Assembly (NCBI GenBank): GCA_965200315.1 | Contig: OZ241362.1 | Span: forward strand, 4,864,001-4,928,000 | DNA length: 64,000 nt | DNA from: Candidatus Latescibacterota bacterium | GTDB taxonomy: Bacteria; Latescibacterota; UBA2968; UBA8231 | Reading direction: 5' to 3' | Shown: in pieces, positions 28,701-37,622 of the stretch | How positions within the stretch are numbered: position 1 is the stretch's first letter | How the letters are laid out: each line of letters begins with the position of its first letter | The notes under the pieces: model-generated | What the model saw: the letters and a program-made list of their open reading frames with translations, nothing else | What the model was told of the DNA's origin: nothing | The model's database searches: none | Program-made: the position numbers and the translations under genes

Positions 28701-29122
28701 TTGCCGTGCCCGCCACCACCGACGACCGCAACATGACCGGCGACGATTTCGCCCTCACCGTCGGGTGGGGCCACTACGGAACGGGCGCCTCCGTAATGCC
28801 GGGCCAAGGCCGCATCGTCGAGCGCGAATACACCCCAGAGGAACGCGCCGCGCTGGGGGATACCCTGCCCGCGCTGGGCGAAAAGACGCTGGACGTGTAT
28901 TTGAACGACCGCGCCTTCTGGCGCAACGTCCCCGCCGCAATTTGGGACTACAAACTCGGCGGCTATCAGGTGCTCAAGAAATGGCTATCGTACCGGGAAA
29001 GCGATGCCTTAGGGAGGGCACTGACGCCGGAGGAAGTGCTGTACTTTGCGGAGATGGCGAGGAGGGTTGGGGGGATGTTGATTTGCAAACGCCGTTGCAT
29101 CAATTGCCGAGCAGATCAATGA
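25757..29122 (+). CDS. Single-polypeptide RM enzyme (type IIG/IIL-like) with an ISP-type C-terminal specificity domain and no helicase
   Basis: PDF...EVK nuclease motif and TN..DF; GVWYTP, DPCCGTG and GNPPY; YRPFD and WDYKLGGYQVLKKWLSYR. Confidence 0.88.
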   Translation: MSKTTTRLTATIETYLADLQRVRASGGATGERSSYGPLAGLLNAIGTTVKPKVFCVGELADQGAGHPDFGLYSAKQVQKGQPKQGQVPEGGVVEVKAADDDAWLTAAGDQVSRYWDRYRRVLVTNTRDFVLVGEDAAGRPAKLETFRLAASAAEFEQRLESPRVFAGEVGAGLGEYLCRVLAHRARLSEPKDLAWLLASHARDALARVEAAGDAPALTAVRAALEEALGVRFEGERGARFFRSTLVQTLFYGVFSAWVLWARQIPSPAKAFNWREAVWHLRAPVMQALFQQLSQPGRLQPLGLVEVLDWTSAALDRVGRDAFFARFNEGAAVTYFYEPFLEAFDPELRKQLGVWYTPAEVVRYMVARVDKALRDDLGIADGLAAENVYVLDPCCGTGAYLAEVLRRMAANLENQGLGALTGARIKQAATERVFGFEIMPAPFVVAHLQVGLTMQALDAALADDGQERAQVFLTNALTGWEPHTTKPLPFPELEEERDRAERVKQETPILVILGNPPYNGFAGMAMDEERALAEAYRTPKRVRRPEGQGLNDLYVRFFRMAERRIAKTGQGVVCFISNYSWLDGLSHTGMREQFLGAFDAIRIDCLNGDKYGTGKVAPNGSPDPSIFSTPDDPVGIQVGTAIALLIRKEAHAPAATIGFRHLWGQAKREALIETEEAEPDAIYDSVEPMLPLGLPFKQTAVSEDWFAWPALPDLFPVSFPGVKTSRNGFLIDIDLDPLKARVADYFNADLRHQEITRRHPAIMKKSAQFDAEAVRDELLVRGGPNQAGFIRHTYRPFDNRWLYWEADSKLLDRPRPQYEPHVFEGNLWLSAAQHLRKDANEPQACFTKIMGSGHLIERGASMFPAYLREEGDLGNGGQSGDRPNLSPVAQRYLKCLGASVEDLFYHVLSILHDPAYRAANAGALRMEWPRIPLPGWPDGEADGAAESLAASAARGRELARLLDPEALVPGVTQGTLRPEIAALAVPATTDDRNMTGDDFALTVGWGHYGTGASVMPGQGRIVEREYTPEERAALGDTLPALGEKTLDVYLNDRAFWRNVPAAIWDYKLGGYQVLKKWLSYRESDALGRALTPEEVLYFAEMARRVGGMLICKRRCINCRADQ

Positions 29123-29330
29123 ATGCCTCTCGGTCAATCCCTACATCTCTCTGAATCTTGGACATAAGGCCAACGCCGATCGTTTCACCGCCATGAATGG
29201 GCACAACTGTGCTCCGACCATCAGAGTGCTTCAAAATCGCGTGACTCCCTCGTTGCCTCACAAGCTCGAAACCGACTTTCCGCAGAGACCGGACCACATG
29301 GGCACCCGTCACTCGCGGCATTCTGTTCAT
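29100..29330 (-). CDS. hicA: HicA family toxin
   Basis: GFELVRQRGSHAIL.H...VVPIH. Confidence 0.92.
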   Translation of the reverse strand: MNRMPRVTGAHVVRSLRKVGFELVRQRGSHAILKHSDGRSTVVPIHGGETIGVGLMSKIQRDVGIDREAFIDLLGN

Positions 29331-29539
29331 ACGGATATTCTTTGAATGCCTACCAGTTCAAGTGAGTTCGGAGCGTTTTCGCTATTGGCCTCAAGCCAGA
29401 GTGCGATTGCCTCCGCCATCCGTTCGAGCAACTGGTCAATTGACTTTCCTTGGGTATGACAGCCCGGAAGGCCGGGGATACTGCCAACGTAATAACCGTC
29501 TTCGTCTTTCTCGATGACGATAGTGTATTCAGTACTCAT
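29327..29539 (-). CDS. hicB: HicB family antitoxin
   Basis: EKDEDGYYV..PGLPGCHTQG.S.....EAIAL. Confidence 0.92.
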   Translation of the reverse strand: MSTEYTIVIEKDEDGYYVGSIPGLPGCHTQGKSIDQLLERMAEAIALWLEANSENAPNSLELVGIQRISV

Positions 29540-29555
29540 TGGATTCTCCTATAGT

Positions 29556-29581
29556 CGAGTATGGATAGTCATGAATACTCG
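29556..29581. promoter_or_regulatory. Possible hicBA operator
   Basis: cgagtat-N12-atactcg inverted repeat just upstream of the hicB RBS. Confidence 0.45.
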
Positions 29582-29596
29582 CGGAAGACGCCGCTT

Positions 29597-29722
29597 CTAG
29601 GAGTTGCCGAGGTGTCCCAGAATTTCACTAGCTCTGGTGATTACCACCTCTTCACCGGCTTTGACTTGACGCAAATAGGTGCTCAACGACATTTTGAGTT
29701 GTGATACCGTCGTGGTCTGCAT
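29597..29722 (-). pseudogene. Truncated Phd/YefM antitoxin (41 codons; below the ORF-track cutoff)
   Basis: Hand translation MQTTTVSQLKMSLSTYLRQVKAGEEVVITRASEILGHLGNS*; similarity to Phd ends after VVIT. Confidence 0.75.
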
Positions 29723-29829
29723 GGAGTCCCTTTCTAGTTAATGCCTGCAGAGCAATATGGTCAAATCGCATCGTCAATCAATTATCGCACGGTATATCAA
29801 CACCTTATCCATTGGATCAAGACGATAGC

Positions 29830-30759
29830 TTATATCGCTTGCCCGGTAGTAGAATTGACACGGCGGAAGATGTGGATGAGTCGGTTGCGCGTCTTTTGCG
29901 TCAGTGGCGGGCGGGCGAAAGACGCGAGATTGGCGTCGAGGTGGTCGGCGTTGCCCGTGCCGGAGAGGACGATGTGGACGCCCGGCTCGTCGCGGCAAAA
30001 GCGATAGGCGGCATCGGGTAGCGATGGAGCCTCGGCCAGCAGGAAGTCGGGAAAGTCGGCGAGGTCAGCCGGATCGAGTTGTCCCTTTTCGACGAGCGCG
30101 TCGGTGAATGCGCGCAGGTTGTCGGGGTGGCTAAGTGCCTTTCTAACGGCGAACATGATTTGGATGCCGACGTTTTGCGCGATGGCCTGCGCGAAGATGT
30201 GGGCGCGAGCGGTCTGGTTGAGCAGATTGAAGCCGACCATCAGGACATCCCACAGATCGTCGGCCAGAGCCTGCTGGAGCATGGTGTGTTCAAAGTCTTC
30301 GTTGAACATCTCACTGAGGCCGACAAAGCGTATTTTGCCCTGCTGTTGCGCCTTTTGCAGCGCGGGATAGATGTCGTCGACGAGATAGGCGTAGTCTTGG
30401 GGTACGACGCCGTGCAGATTGTAGAGGTCGATGCAGTCGGTGTCTAGGTGCTTTAGACTTTGGTCGAGGCTGGTTTGCAAGGTGTCGGGTGTGACCTGTT
30501 CGTCTCGGGTGGATTTTTTGGTGGAGAGGATGACCGAGGTGCGGTCGCGGCCCTGTAGGGCTTGGCCGACGATGGATTCCGTGCCATAGCCTTCGGCCGT
30601 ATCGACGAAGTTGACCCCGCGATCTAAGGCGCGGCGGACGAGGTCGGCGGACTGGGCGTCGGTTAGGCCGGCGTTGCGTCCAAGTCGGCTGTGGCCGCCA
30701 GCCCCTAAGCCCATGCGCGAGACGGTTAGATTGGTGCGGCCTAAGAGGGTAGTTTGCAT
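29830..30759 (-). CDS. Aldo/keto reductase
   Basis: LGRTNLTVSRMGLG, DTAEGYG, STK, DLYNLH and GKIRFVGLS. Confidence 0.92.
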   Translation of the reverse strand: MQTTLLGRTNLTVSRMGLGAGGHSRLGRNAGLTDAQSADLVRRALDRGVNFVDTAEGYGTESIVGQALQGRDRTSVILSTKKSTRDEQVTPDTLQTSLDQSLKHLDTDCIDLYNLHGVVPQDYAYLVDDIYPALQKAQQQGKIRFVGLSEMFNEDFEHTMLQQALADDLWDVLMVGFNLLNQTARAHIFAQAIAQNVGIQIMFAVRKALSHPDNLRAFTDALVEKGQLDPADLADFPDFLLAEAPSLPDAAYRFCRDEPGVHIVLSGTGNADHLDANLASFARPPLTQKTRNRLIHIFRRVNSTTGQAI

Positions 30760-30870
30760 GACCGGGGTGTAGTTTAGGGGATCGGTGCTTAATATATAGC
30801 AATCCTGAAGCATTCAATAATCCGCAGATGGCGCAGATAATTTACAAGACGATCCGCAAGCAAGAAGCGC

Positions 30871-31527
30871 ATGGGCAAAACTAAGAAGGCACACAAAGTG
30901 AAATACATCGCATTGGCCCTAGCATTACTCGGCGGCAGTGCCTCTGCCCAAGAGGCGGACTCCAGCCGCGTCATTCTCTTTTTCGGCGATAGCCTGACCG
31001 CTGGTTATGGCCTCGACCGCGAACAGGCCTTTCCGGCTTTGGTGCAGGCGCGGATTGATTCGCTTGGCTGGAACTTTGAGGTTTTCAATGCCGGGCTTGG
31101 CGGCGAGACCTCAGCCGGTGGGTTGCGCCGCATTGACTGGCTTTTGCGCCGCCCCATCGACGTCTTCGTCCTCGAATTGGGGGCCAACGACGGCCTGCGC
31201 GGCATAGATCCCAAAGACACCCGCGCCAACCTGCAACAAATCGTCGAGCGGGTGCAGGCGAAAAACCCGCAAGTAGCCCTAGTCATCGCCGGGATGCTAA
31301 TGCCGCCCAATTTGGGCGCGGAATACACAGAGGCGTTTGCGGCGATTTTCCCGGCGTTGGCAAAAGAAAACGACGCGGCCTTGATTCCCTTTTTGTTGGA
31401 AGGCGTGGGCGACCAACCCGCGCTGAACCTGCCCGACGGCAACCATCCCAACGCCGAAGGCCACCGGATCGTCGCCGGAACCGTGTGGGCGACGCTGGGG
31501 CCGGTGCTGGCGAAGCTGCGCCGCTAA
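30871..31527 (+). CDS. tesA: Arylesterase/acyl-CoA thioesterase I (SGNH hydrolase)
   Basis: GDSLTAG, NAG, GANDG and DGNHPN; signal peptide; adjacent to ybbAP. Confidence 0.9.
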   Translation: MGKTKKAHKVKYIALALALLGGSASAQEADSSRVILFFGDSLTAGYGLDREQAFPALVQARIDSLGWNFEVFNAGLGGETSAGGLRRIDWLLRRPIDVFVLELGANDGLRGIDPKDTRANLQQIVERVQAKNPQVALVIAGMLMPPNLGAEYTEAFAAIFPALAKENDAALIPFLLEGVGDQPALNLPDGNHPNAEGHRIVAGTVWATLGPVLAKLRR

Positions 31528-34055
31528 CCGAGCGAGCGCAGGACTTCGAGCGGTGGGCTGCTGTGGACGCCGCGGCTGGAGGCCATGCCAACGGCGACCG
31601 TTAGCAGACTGACCGCCGCAAAGGCGAGGATCAGCGGCAGGTAGTCGGGCGCGAAGCTGATCTCGAAGAGATAGCGGTTCAAGGCCCAGACGCCCCCTAG
31701 CGACAGGGCCACTCCCGTCGCCGCGGCAAAAGCTCCCAAAAACAGATATTCGAGTGCCATGATCGCTACCACTTGGCGGCGACGGGCCCCCAAGGTCTTG
31801 AGCAAGACGCTTTCCTCAATGCGTTGGTAGCGGCTGCTGGCAATCACGCCGACGAGTACGAGCAGGCCCACGGAGACGCTGAAAAAGGCCATAAAGCGCA
31901 TCACCAGCGACACCTTGTCGAGGATGGTATCGACCGTGCTGAGGATGCTGCCGAGATCGATGACCGAGACATTGGGAAATTGGCGCACGGTGGCCCGCTG
32001 CACGGCGGCCATTTGCTCGGTCGTGGCGGCGCGGGTGACGAGGACGTGGGATTGCGGCGCGGGTTCGAGGATGCCGGGTGGGAAGACCGCCAAAAAGTTG
32101 GGCATGATGCGCTGCCAGTTGACTTGGCGCAGACTGCCGACGACCACTTCGAGCGGGACTCCTTGGACATCAAAGGTCAGCGAGTCGCCAACGCCCACGC
32201 CCAAGGAGGAAGCAACGCCCGTTTCCAAGGAGACGTAGAGGGTATCGCCCGCAGGTTGGCTGCGCCATGTGCCGGCGACGATCTCTTCGGTCTCGGTGAG
32301 AAAGTCGCGGTACGTGGCGCGGTATTCGTGCCGCAAGGCCCAATTGCCGCGTCGGCGTCGGTTGCTGGTGGTGGTATCGCGGAGTATGGCGCGGGTGGGT
32401 TGGCCTTTGACGCTGTGGACGTGCATGGTGACGATGGGCATCTGTTGCAACAGCGGCAGATCCATCCCGGCGACGAGGGCATTTAGCCCTTGGCGCTGAT
32501 CGGTTTGGATGTCGAAGAGCACGACGTTGGGGTTTTGGTCGGAGCCGACGCTTTTGATGTGGGACAGCAAGTTGGTTTGGGTCAGGAAGAGGGTGCTGAG
32601 CAGAAAGGTCCCCAGCCCGAGGCCCAACATCAGCAGTGTGGTTTGGTTGTTGGGCCGATAGAGGTTGGCCAAGCCCTGACGCCAGATATAGCTCCAAGAG
32701 GCGGGGAAGAACCGCCGAGTGCCGTAGATGATTGCGCGGGCCGTAAGCGTTAGGAGCGCAAAGGCGGCGCCAACCCCGCCGACAAAGCCGAGTGCCAGCG
32801 CCCATTGGCCGGTGAGTCGGTAGGCAAAAAGCGCGGTCGTCAGGACGATTCCCAAGTATAAAGCCCAGCGCAGCAAGCCGCCGTCGGCTGGTTGATCGTC
32901 TTCAAACGAGGCGCGCAGGGTCAAAAGCGGCGAGGTCTTGCGGATGGCCAGCAGCGGGCGGGCGGCAAACAGCAGCGACAGGCCAAGGCCGAGGCCGAGG
33001 CCCTCCAAGACGGCGAGGAGATCAAAGCTTGGCTCGACTTGGAGGGGTAGCACATCGGCGAGGACATTGGGGAGCAGATAAAGGACTCCGACGCCGAGCA
33101 GGGCACCAACGAGCGAGCCGATCAAGCCCATGCCTCCGGCTTGGATTAGATAGATCAAGACGGTCTGACGGGCCGTGGCCCCGAGACTGCGCAGCACCGC
33201 GACGGTGGGTAGTTTCTGCCGAGTATAGGTGTGGATGGCACTGGCCACGCCCACGCCGCCGAGCAGCAGGGCGATAAAGCTGCCGAGGTTTAAGAAGCGA
33301 TAGAGGTTGTTGAGGGTGCGGCCTAGGCGCGCTTTGCGGCTGTCGATGGTTTCGAGCCGGAGGCGGTCGCCTCGGGTGTGAGGGCGGATGGACTGGGCTA
33401 GTGCTTGGACATCTCGCTCGGGGAAGCGGAAGAAGGCGGTGTAGGTGACGCGGCTGCCCCGTTGGATCAGGCGAGTGCGGTCGAGGTAGGACATCGGGAT
33501 ATAGACGCGCGGCTGGATGTCGCTGAAGAGGGCGTTCTCGCCGGGGATGCGCAGGAGCCGCCCACCAATGCGGAAGACCGTGTCGCCGATCTTGATCGAG
33601 TCGCCGACTGCCGCGCCAAACTGCAACATGAGCGCCTCGTCAACGAGGGCTTCGGGCTGGGTGCGAAAGCCGTGCGCGGCCTCCGCCGGTGCCGTTTTTA
33701 GCTCGCCGTAAAAGGGGAAAGGGCCGGAGAGGGCGCGGATTTGGGCGAGGCGAGTGCTCTGGCTCTTGGGCAGGTAAATCATGGAGTTGAAGGCGACTTG
33801 GCGCGCCTGAATTCCGCCGAGCGAGTCGATGAGGCTCTCGGTGGCGGGCGTGAAGGGCTGGCGGCTCGTCAGCGCCATATCGGCTCCTAAGAGCGCGGCG
33901 GCTTGTTGGTCCATCGCCTCTTGCAGGGTGGAGCTGAGGCTGCCCAAGCCGACGAGCGCACCGATGCCGATGGAGATCGAAGAGGTAAAAAGCAGCAGTT
34001 TGCGGCGGTGGCTGCGGCTGTCGCGCCAAGCCATTTTGCCGATCCAGACCATCAT
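31524..34055 (-). CDS. ybbP: YbbP-like FtsX-type ABC permease
   Basis: LLGAD, YPFYG-like FPFYG, FDIQ.DQ and two FtsX repeats. Confidence 0.85.
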   Translation of the reverse strand: MMVWIGKMAWRDSRSHRRKLLLFTSSISIGIGALVGLGSLSSTLQEAMDQQAAALLGADMALTSRQPFTPATESLIDSLGGIQARQVAFNSMIYLPKSQSTRLAQIRALSGPFPFYGELKTAPAEAAHGFRTQPEALVDEALMLQFGAAVGDSIKIGDTVFRIGGRLLRIPGENALFSDIQPRVYIPMSYLDRTRLIQRGSRVTYTAFFRFPERDVQALAQSIRPHTRGDRLRLETIDSRKARLGRTLNNLYRFLNLGSFIALLLGGVGVASAIHTYTRQKLPTVAVLRSLGATARQTVLIYLIQAGGMGLIGSLVGALLGVGVLYLLPNVLADVLPLQVEPSFDLLAVLEGLGLGLGLSLLFAARPLLAIRKTSPLLTLRASFEDDQPADGGLLRWALYLGIVLTTALFAYRLTGQWALALGFVGGVGAAFALLTLTARAIIYGTRRFFPASWSYIWRQGLANLYRPNNQTTLLMLGLGLGTFLLSTLFLTQTNLLSHIKSVGSDQNPNVVLFDIQTDQRQGLNALVAGMDLPLLQQMPIVTMHVHSVKGQPTRAILRDTTTSNRRRRGNWALRHEYRATYRDFLTETEEIVAGTWRSQPAGDTLYVSLETGVASSLGVGVGDSLTFDVQGVPLEVVVGSLRQVNWQRIMPNFLAVFPPGILEPAPQSHVLVTRAATTEQMAAVQRATVRQFPNVSVIDLGSILSTVDTILDKVSLVMRFMAFFSVSVGLLVLVGVIASSRYQRIEESVLLKTLGARRRQVVAIMALEYLFLGAFAAATGVALSLGGVWALNRYLFEISFAPDYLPLILAFAAVSLLTVAVGMASSRGVHSSPPLEVLRSLG

Positions 34056-34741
34056 GTAACTAGCTGATCGGCGGCCACCCGGCCGCCTTGAAGGCGAATG
34101 ATCCGCTGGGTGAGGCGGGCCAGCGTCAGATCGTGGGTGACCAGAATTAGGGTGGCCCCGGACTCCTCGTTGAGGCTGAAGAGCAGGTCTCGCACTGTGC
34201 TGCTGGTGTCGTCGTCGAGGTTGCCGGTAGGCTCGTCGGCAAACAGGAGCGCGGGGCGATTGATAAAGGCCCGGGCGAGCGCCACGCGCTGCTGCTCTCC
34301 TCCTGAAAGCTGCGCTGGGTAGTGGTGCAGCCGGTCGCCCAAGCCGACCCGGTTGAGCAGGTCAATGGCGCGTTCGCGGACGTTTGGCTCGCGGCGCAAT
34401 TCGAGCGGCACCATGGCGTTTTCAAGGGCACTGAGGGTGGGGATGAGTTGGAAGGTCTGGAAGACGAAGCCGACTTTTTCGCTGCGGAGATGCGCGCGCT
34501 GGTCTTCGTCGAGACCGCCTAAATCCACGCCGTCGAGCGCGACCGTTCCCGAGCTGGCGCGATCTAGCCCCGCGCACAATCCGAGCAGCGTGGTCTTGCC
34601 GCTGCCCGAGGGGCCGACGACCGCGCAGGTAGCTCCGGTTGCGAGGGCGAAACTCACATCGTCGAGGACGGTTAGGGCGTTTGCTCCCGTACCGTAGGTT
34701 TTGGTTAAGTGTTGGACGTTTAGGGCTATTGGGTCGCCCAT
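34052..34741 (-). CDS. ybbA: YbbA-like ABC ATP-binding protein
   Basis: GPSGSGKT, LSGGEQQR and ADEPTGNLD. Confidence 0.9.
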   Translation of the reverse strand: MGDPIALNVQHLTKTYGTGANALTVLDDVSFALATGATCAVVGPSGSGKTTLLGLCAGLDRASSGTVALDGVDLGGLDEDQRAHLRSEKVGFVFQTFQLIPTLSALENAMVPLELRREPNVRERAIDLLNRVGLGDRLHHYPAQLSGGEQQRVALARAFINRPALLFADEPTGNLDDDTSSTVRDLLFSLNEESGATLILVTHDLTLARLTQRIIRLQGGRVAADQLVT

Positions 34742-35637
34742 GGTGCCTCCTCTGCGGGCTGGCGGTTCAGGATGCTTAGCAGGCGGTCGGGATAGTCGGT
34801 GATTAGGCCATCGACGCCTAGGTCTAGGTAGTGCTGCATGGCATCGGGATCGTTAATGGTCCAAGCGTGGACTTGGACGTTGTGGGCGTGGGCGCGGGCG
34901 ATGAAGCACTGGTCTATCAGGTCGATTTTGCCCAAGCGGGCCGGGAACTGAAAGGCTTGGCTGGTGGGGTGATACGCCGCGTCGAGCCGCAACCAGTGGA
35001 GAAAGACAAAGGATAGTCCTGCCGAAGAAGCAGCCGAAGTCGCCACTTCGGGGCAAGCCTGGCGCAAGCTCGCTAAGGGGCGGTTGTGGAAGGAGGCGGC
35101 GATGACGCGGTCGCTTAGCTTGAAGCGCTGGATTGTGCGGCAGAAGTCGCTTACTAATGAGGCGGAGTCGTCTTTGATTTCGATGAGAAAGCGCATGTTG
35201 GGAAAGGCTGTAAACACCTCGTCTAGGGTGGGGATGGCGACCCCTTGGCCGCGATAGGGAAAGGTTTGGCCGTCTAAACTGAAGTGGTAGCCGGCGTCTA
35301 GCTGCTTCAATTGGGCCAATCTCAGGCTATCGACTGCGCCTTGGCCGTTGGTCGTGCGGTCAACGCGCCGGTCGTGCAGGACGATGAGTGCGCCGTCGCT
35401 GCTTTGGCGCAAGTCCATTTCTAGCACATCGACCCCCAACGCGGCCGAGTGGGCAAAGGCCGTCAAGGTGTTTTCCGGTGCTAGCCTCTTGCCGCCTCGA
35501 TGGGCAATGACCAAAACGTCCCCTGATGCGAAGTAGGGATGCGGCTCTACGGGGCGCGAGGTCAGGGCGAAGGCACCGTACAACACTGGTGCTAAAAGCA
35601 GCAAGGCGATCAAGGGCCGCTTGAGGAATAGACGCAT
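34726..35637 (-). CDS. Glycerophosphodiester phosphodiesterase
   Basis: IAHRGG, PENT, EMD, HD, EIK, WTIND and ITDYP. Confidence 0.92.
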   Translation of the reverse strand: MRLFLKRPLIALLLLAPVLYGAFALTSRPVEPHPYFASGDVLVIAHRGGKRLAPENTLTAFAHSAALGVDVLEMDLRQSSDGALIVLHDRRVDRTTNGQGAVDSLRLAQLKQLDAGYHFSLDGQTFPYRGQGVAIPTLDEVFTAFPNMRFLIEIKDDSASLVSDFCRTIQRFKLSDRVIAASFHNRPLASLRQACPEVATSAASSAGLSFVFLHWLRLDAAYHPTSQAFQFPARLGKIDLIDQCFIARAHAHNVQVHAWTINDPDAMQHYLDLGVDGLITDYPDRLLSILNRQPAEEAPWATQ

Positions 35638-35764
35638 GGATTATGCAGGAATTCTATCGGGAAAGTTGCACAAGAAGATACCTAACGGATGGATTCGGGC
35701 AAGTTTTGAGCTGCCCGTTTCTTCTTTATGTTCCCGTTGCATAGACAATGGAAAGGAGCCGGTG

Positions 35765-36580
35765 ATGATCGTCGATACGCACGCACATATTTACCACGCA
35801 GACGAGACGCAGTACCCCATAATAGAAGCCCCCTTTCGGCCGCAGCCGGGCGTGGGGACCATCGAACACTTGCGGCGCGAGGCCCAAGCCAACGGCGTCA
35901 GTCGCGTGGTGCTGATCCAGACGGGGTCGGCCTATCGCTGGGACAATCGGTTGTTGGCGGATACGGCCCGGGCCCATGCCGACTGGACGGTTGGGGTTTG
36001 CACGTTGGACCCGGCTGGGGATGATAGCCCCGACGAGCTGGAGCGGCTGGTGACCGGATACAACGTCAAGGGCCTCCGCCTCGAAGCGGCACCTACGGGA
36101 TACGATCAGCCTCGGGCGGAGCGGCTCTGGCGTCGGGCCGGCGAAGTCGGCGCGGTGCTCTGCGCCCATTTGCGCGAGGAACAACTCGGCGAGTTGGCCG
36201 CTCTGCTAGCGCGATTTCCCCACGTCCCGGTGGTGCTGGACCACTGCGCCTATCCGGTGGCGGCTAACGGGGTTGAGGACGCGGCCGTGCGCCAAGCAGC
36301 GGATTTGGCGCGCTTTGACCAACTCCACGCCAAACTCACCTTTGCGGTGACCAGCTCGCAGCAGGAGTATCCGTTCGCCGATACGCACCCGCAACTGCGC
36401 CATTTGCTCGCCGCCTTTGGCCCTGAGCGCTGTATCTGGGGATCGGATTTTCCGTGTGAGCACTGGTTGGGAAACGCGACCTATGCTCAGCATCTGGCGG
36501 TGTTTACCGAGGAATTGGGATTGAGCGCAACGGAGCAGGAGCAGGTGTTGGGCGAGACGGCCATGCGGCTGTTTTTTTAG
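35765..36580 (+). CDS. Amidohydrolase_2 family protein
   Basis: DTHAH, LDH and WGSDFP. Confidence 0.88.
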   Translation: MIVDTHAHIYHADETQYPIIEAPFRPQPGVGTIEHLRREAQANGVSRVVLIQTGSAYRWDNRLLADTARAHADWTVGVCTLDPAGDDSPDELERLVTGYNVKGLRLEAAPTGYDQPRAERLWRRAGEVGAVLCAHLREEQLGELAALLARFPHVPVVLDHCAYPVAANGVEDAAVRQAADLARFDQLHAKLTFAVTSSQQEYPFADTHPQLRHLLAAFGPERCIWGSDFPCEHWLGNATYAQHLAVFTEELGLSATEQEQVLGETAMRLFF

Positions 36581-36750
36581 ATCCGCCCGGCGATGCGGTG
36601 TTCGGGGCCGCTGGCAAAGTACGCGCTCATGTCGAGCGGTTGCCCTTGGCCGGGCAGGGTGGCAAAATCCTCGCCCGCTATGGCTTGGGCCAACATTTCG
36701 TCAACACTGCGCCATTCGGGCTGGCCGTCGGGTTGGCGGTGGGGCGGCAT
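36577..36750 (-). pseudogene. Truncated DUF1992-like protein
   Basis: AIAGEDFATLPGQGQPLD...RIAGRI* stops where homologs continue (RILKN..). Confidence 0.6.
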
Positions 36751-36763
36751 GGATGAGCTTCCT

Positions 36764-37423
36764 TTACTTCTGTTCACAGACGTAATCGAAGATAACGACC
36801 GCTACATGAGCGCAAGCAGCGGTCACCGCGTTCCAGTCGTGCCACTGTGCGGCGAGGTTCTTGTATTCAGAAAGTTCAGTACTCTCTAAGTCGTAGGGCA
36901 AGGGACTAGCAAGTTGCACCTGTAATTGTTGCAGTGCGGACTCTCCATTGTCTTGGTGGTACAACCTGTCGAAAGGTCGCAGGGCTTCTGCTGTGGCTTG
37001 GTCGCCCATGCGGTGGGCGAGCGCGGCGAAGTCGATATAGTCGCGCGTTGCGTTGCGTTTGAGAATCAGTACCCCTTTGATGCGGAGAATTTCCGCTGGG
37101 GTTGGAATGGTCAACGTCGCGTCCCGATGTTGGATCGCCGTTGTTTCCAACGGCTCGCTGCGGATCAGTTGACGCACCCCGGTCTCGATTCCGTCGAGGC
37201 TCCCGAGGATTTGCACCGGGCGCATCACGCGGGCCGTCTGCCATCCAGCCGCCGATTCTAATTGGGCGAGAATCTCGTCGAATCGGCGCAGGTCGAGCAC
37301 CACGTGATCCGCGCCTTGGGAAAGGCGATGCTCGGCATGGATTGCCGCTGCGGTCCCACCTACCAGCACAGCCGCCGACAGTACGCGGTCCCAATCAGGA
37401 AGGGCTGCGATGTTTTCTGACAT
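36764..37423 (-). CDS. AbiEii-like nucleotidyltransferase (type IV toxin-antitoxin toxin-like)
   Basis: VLVGGTA, HRLS..AD, E...IK and RDYIDF. Confidence 0.75.
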   Translation of the reverse strand: MSENIAALPDWDRVLSAAVLVGGTAAAIHAEHRLSQGADHVVLDLRRFDEILAQLESAAGWQTARVMRPVQILGSLDGIETGVRQLIRSEPLETTAIQHRDATLTIPTPAEILRIKGVLILKRNATRDYIDFAALAHRMGDQATAEALRPFDRLYHQDNGESALQQLQVQLASPLPYDLESTELSEYKNLAAQWHDWNAVTAACAHVAVVIFDYVCEQK

Positions 37424-37622
37424 AGTGCATCCAAAAGCGATAGCGCTGAGCGCGTGGGTCGGCAGCGCAATGGGCGCAGACGCGCTCGATTTTGTCGAGC
37501 AGGGCGCGGTCTTCAAGGGGCGCCCGGCGCAGTTCGGCCCAGTCGCGCCAGCGACCGCGACAGATCACGTCGTCGATGGCGGCCAGCGTAAAGCGTTGGT
37601 GATTCAGGTGGCGGTACTGCAC
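37395..37622 (-). CDS. Small partner protein (putative antitoxin)
   Basis: 75 aa with AIDDVI.RG...DW..L and RYRFW; overlaps the nucleotidyltransferase start. Confidence 0.65.
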   Translation of the reverse strand: MQYRHLNHQRFTLAAIDDVICRGRWRDWAELRRAPLEDRALLDKIERVCAHCAADPRAQRYRFWMHYVRKHRSPS

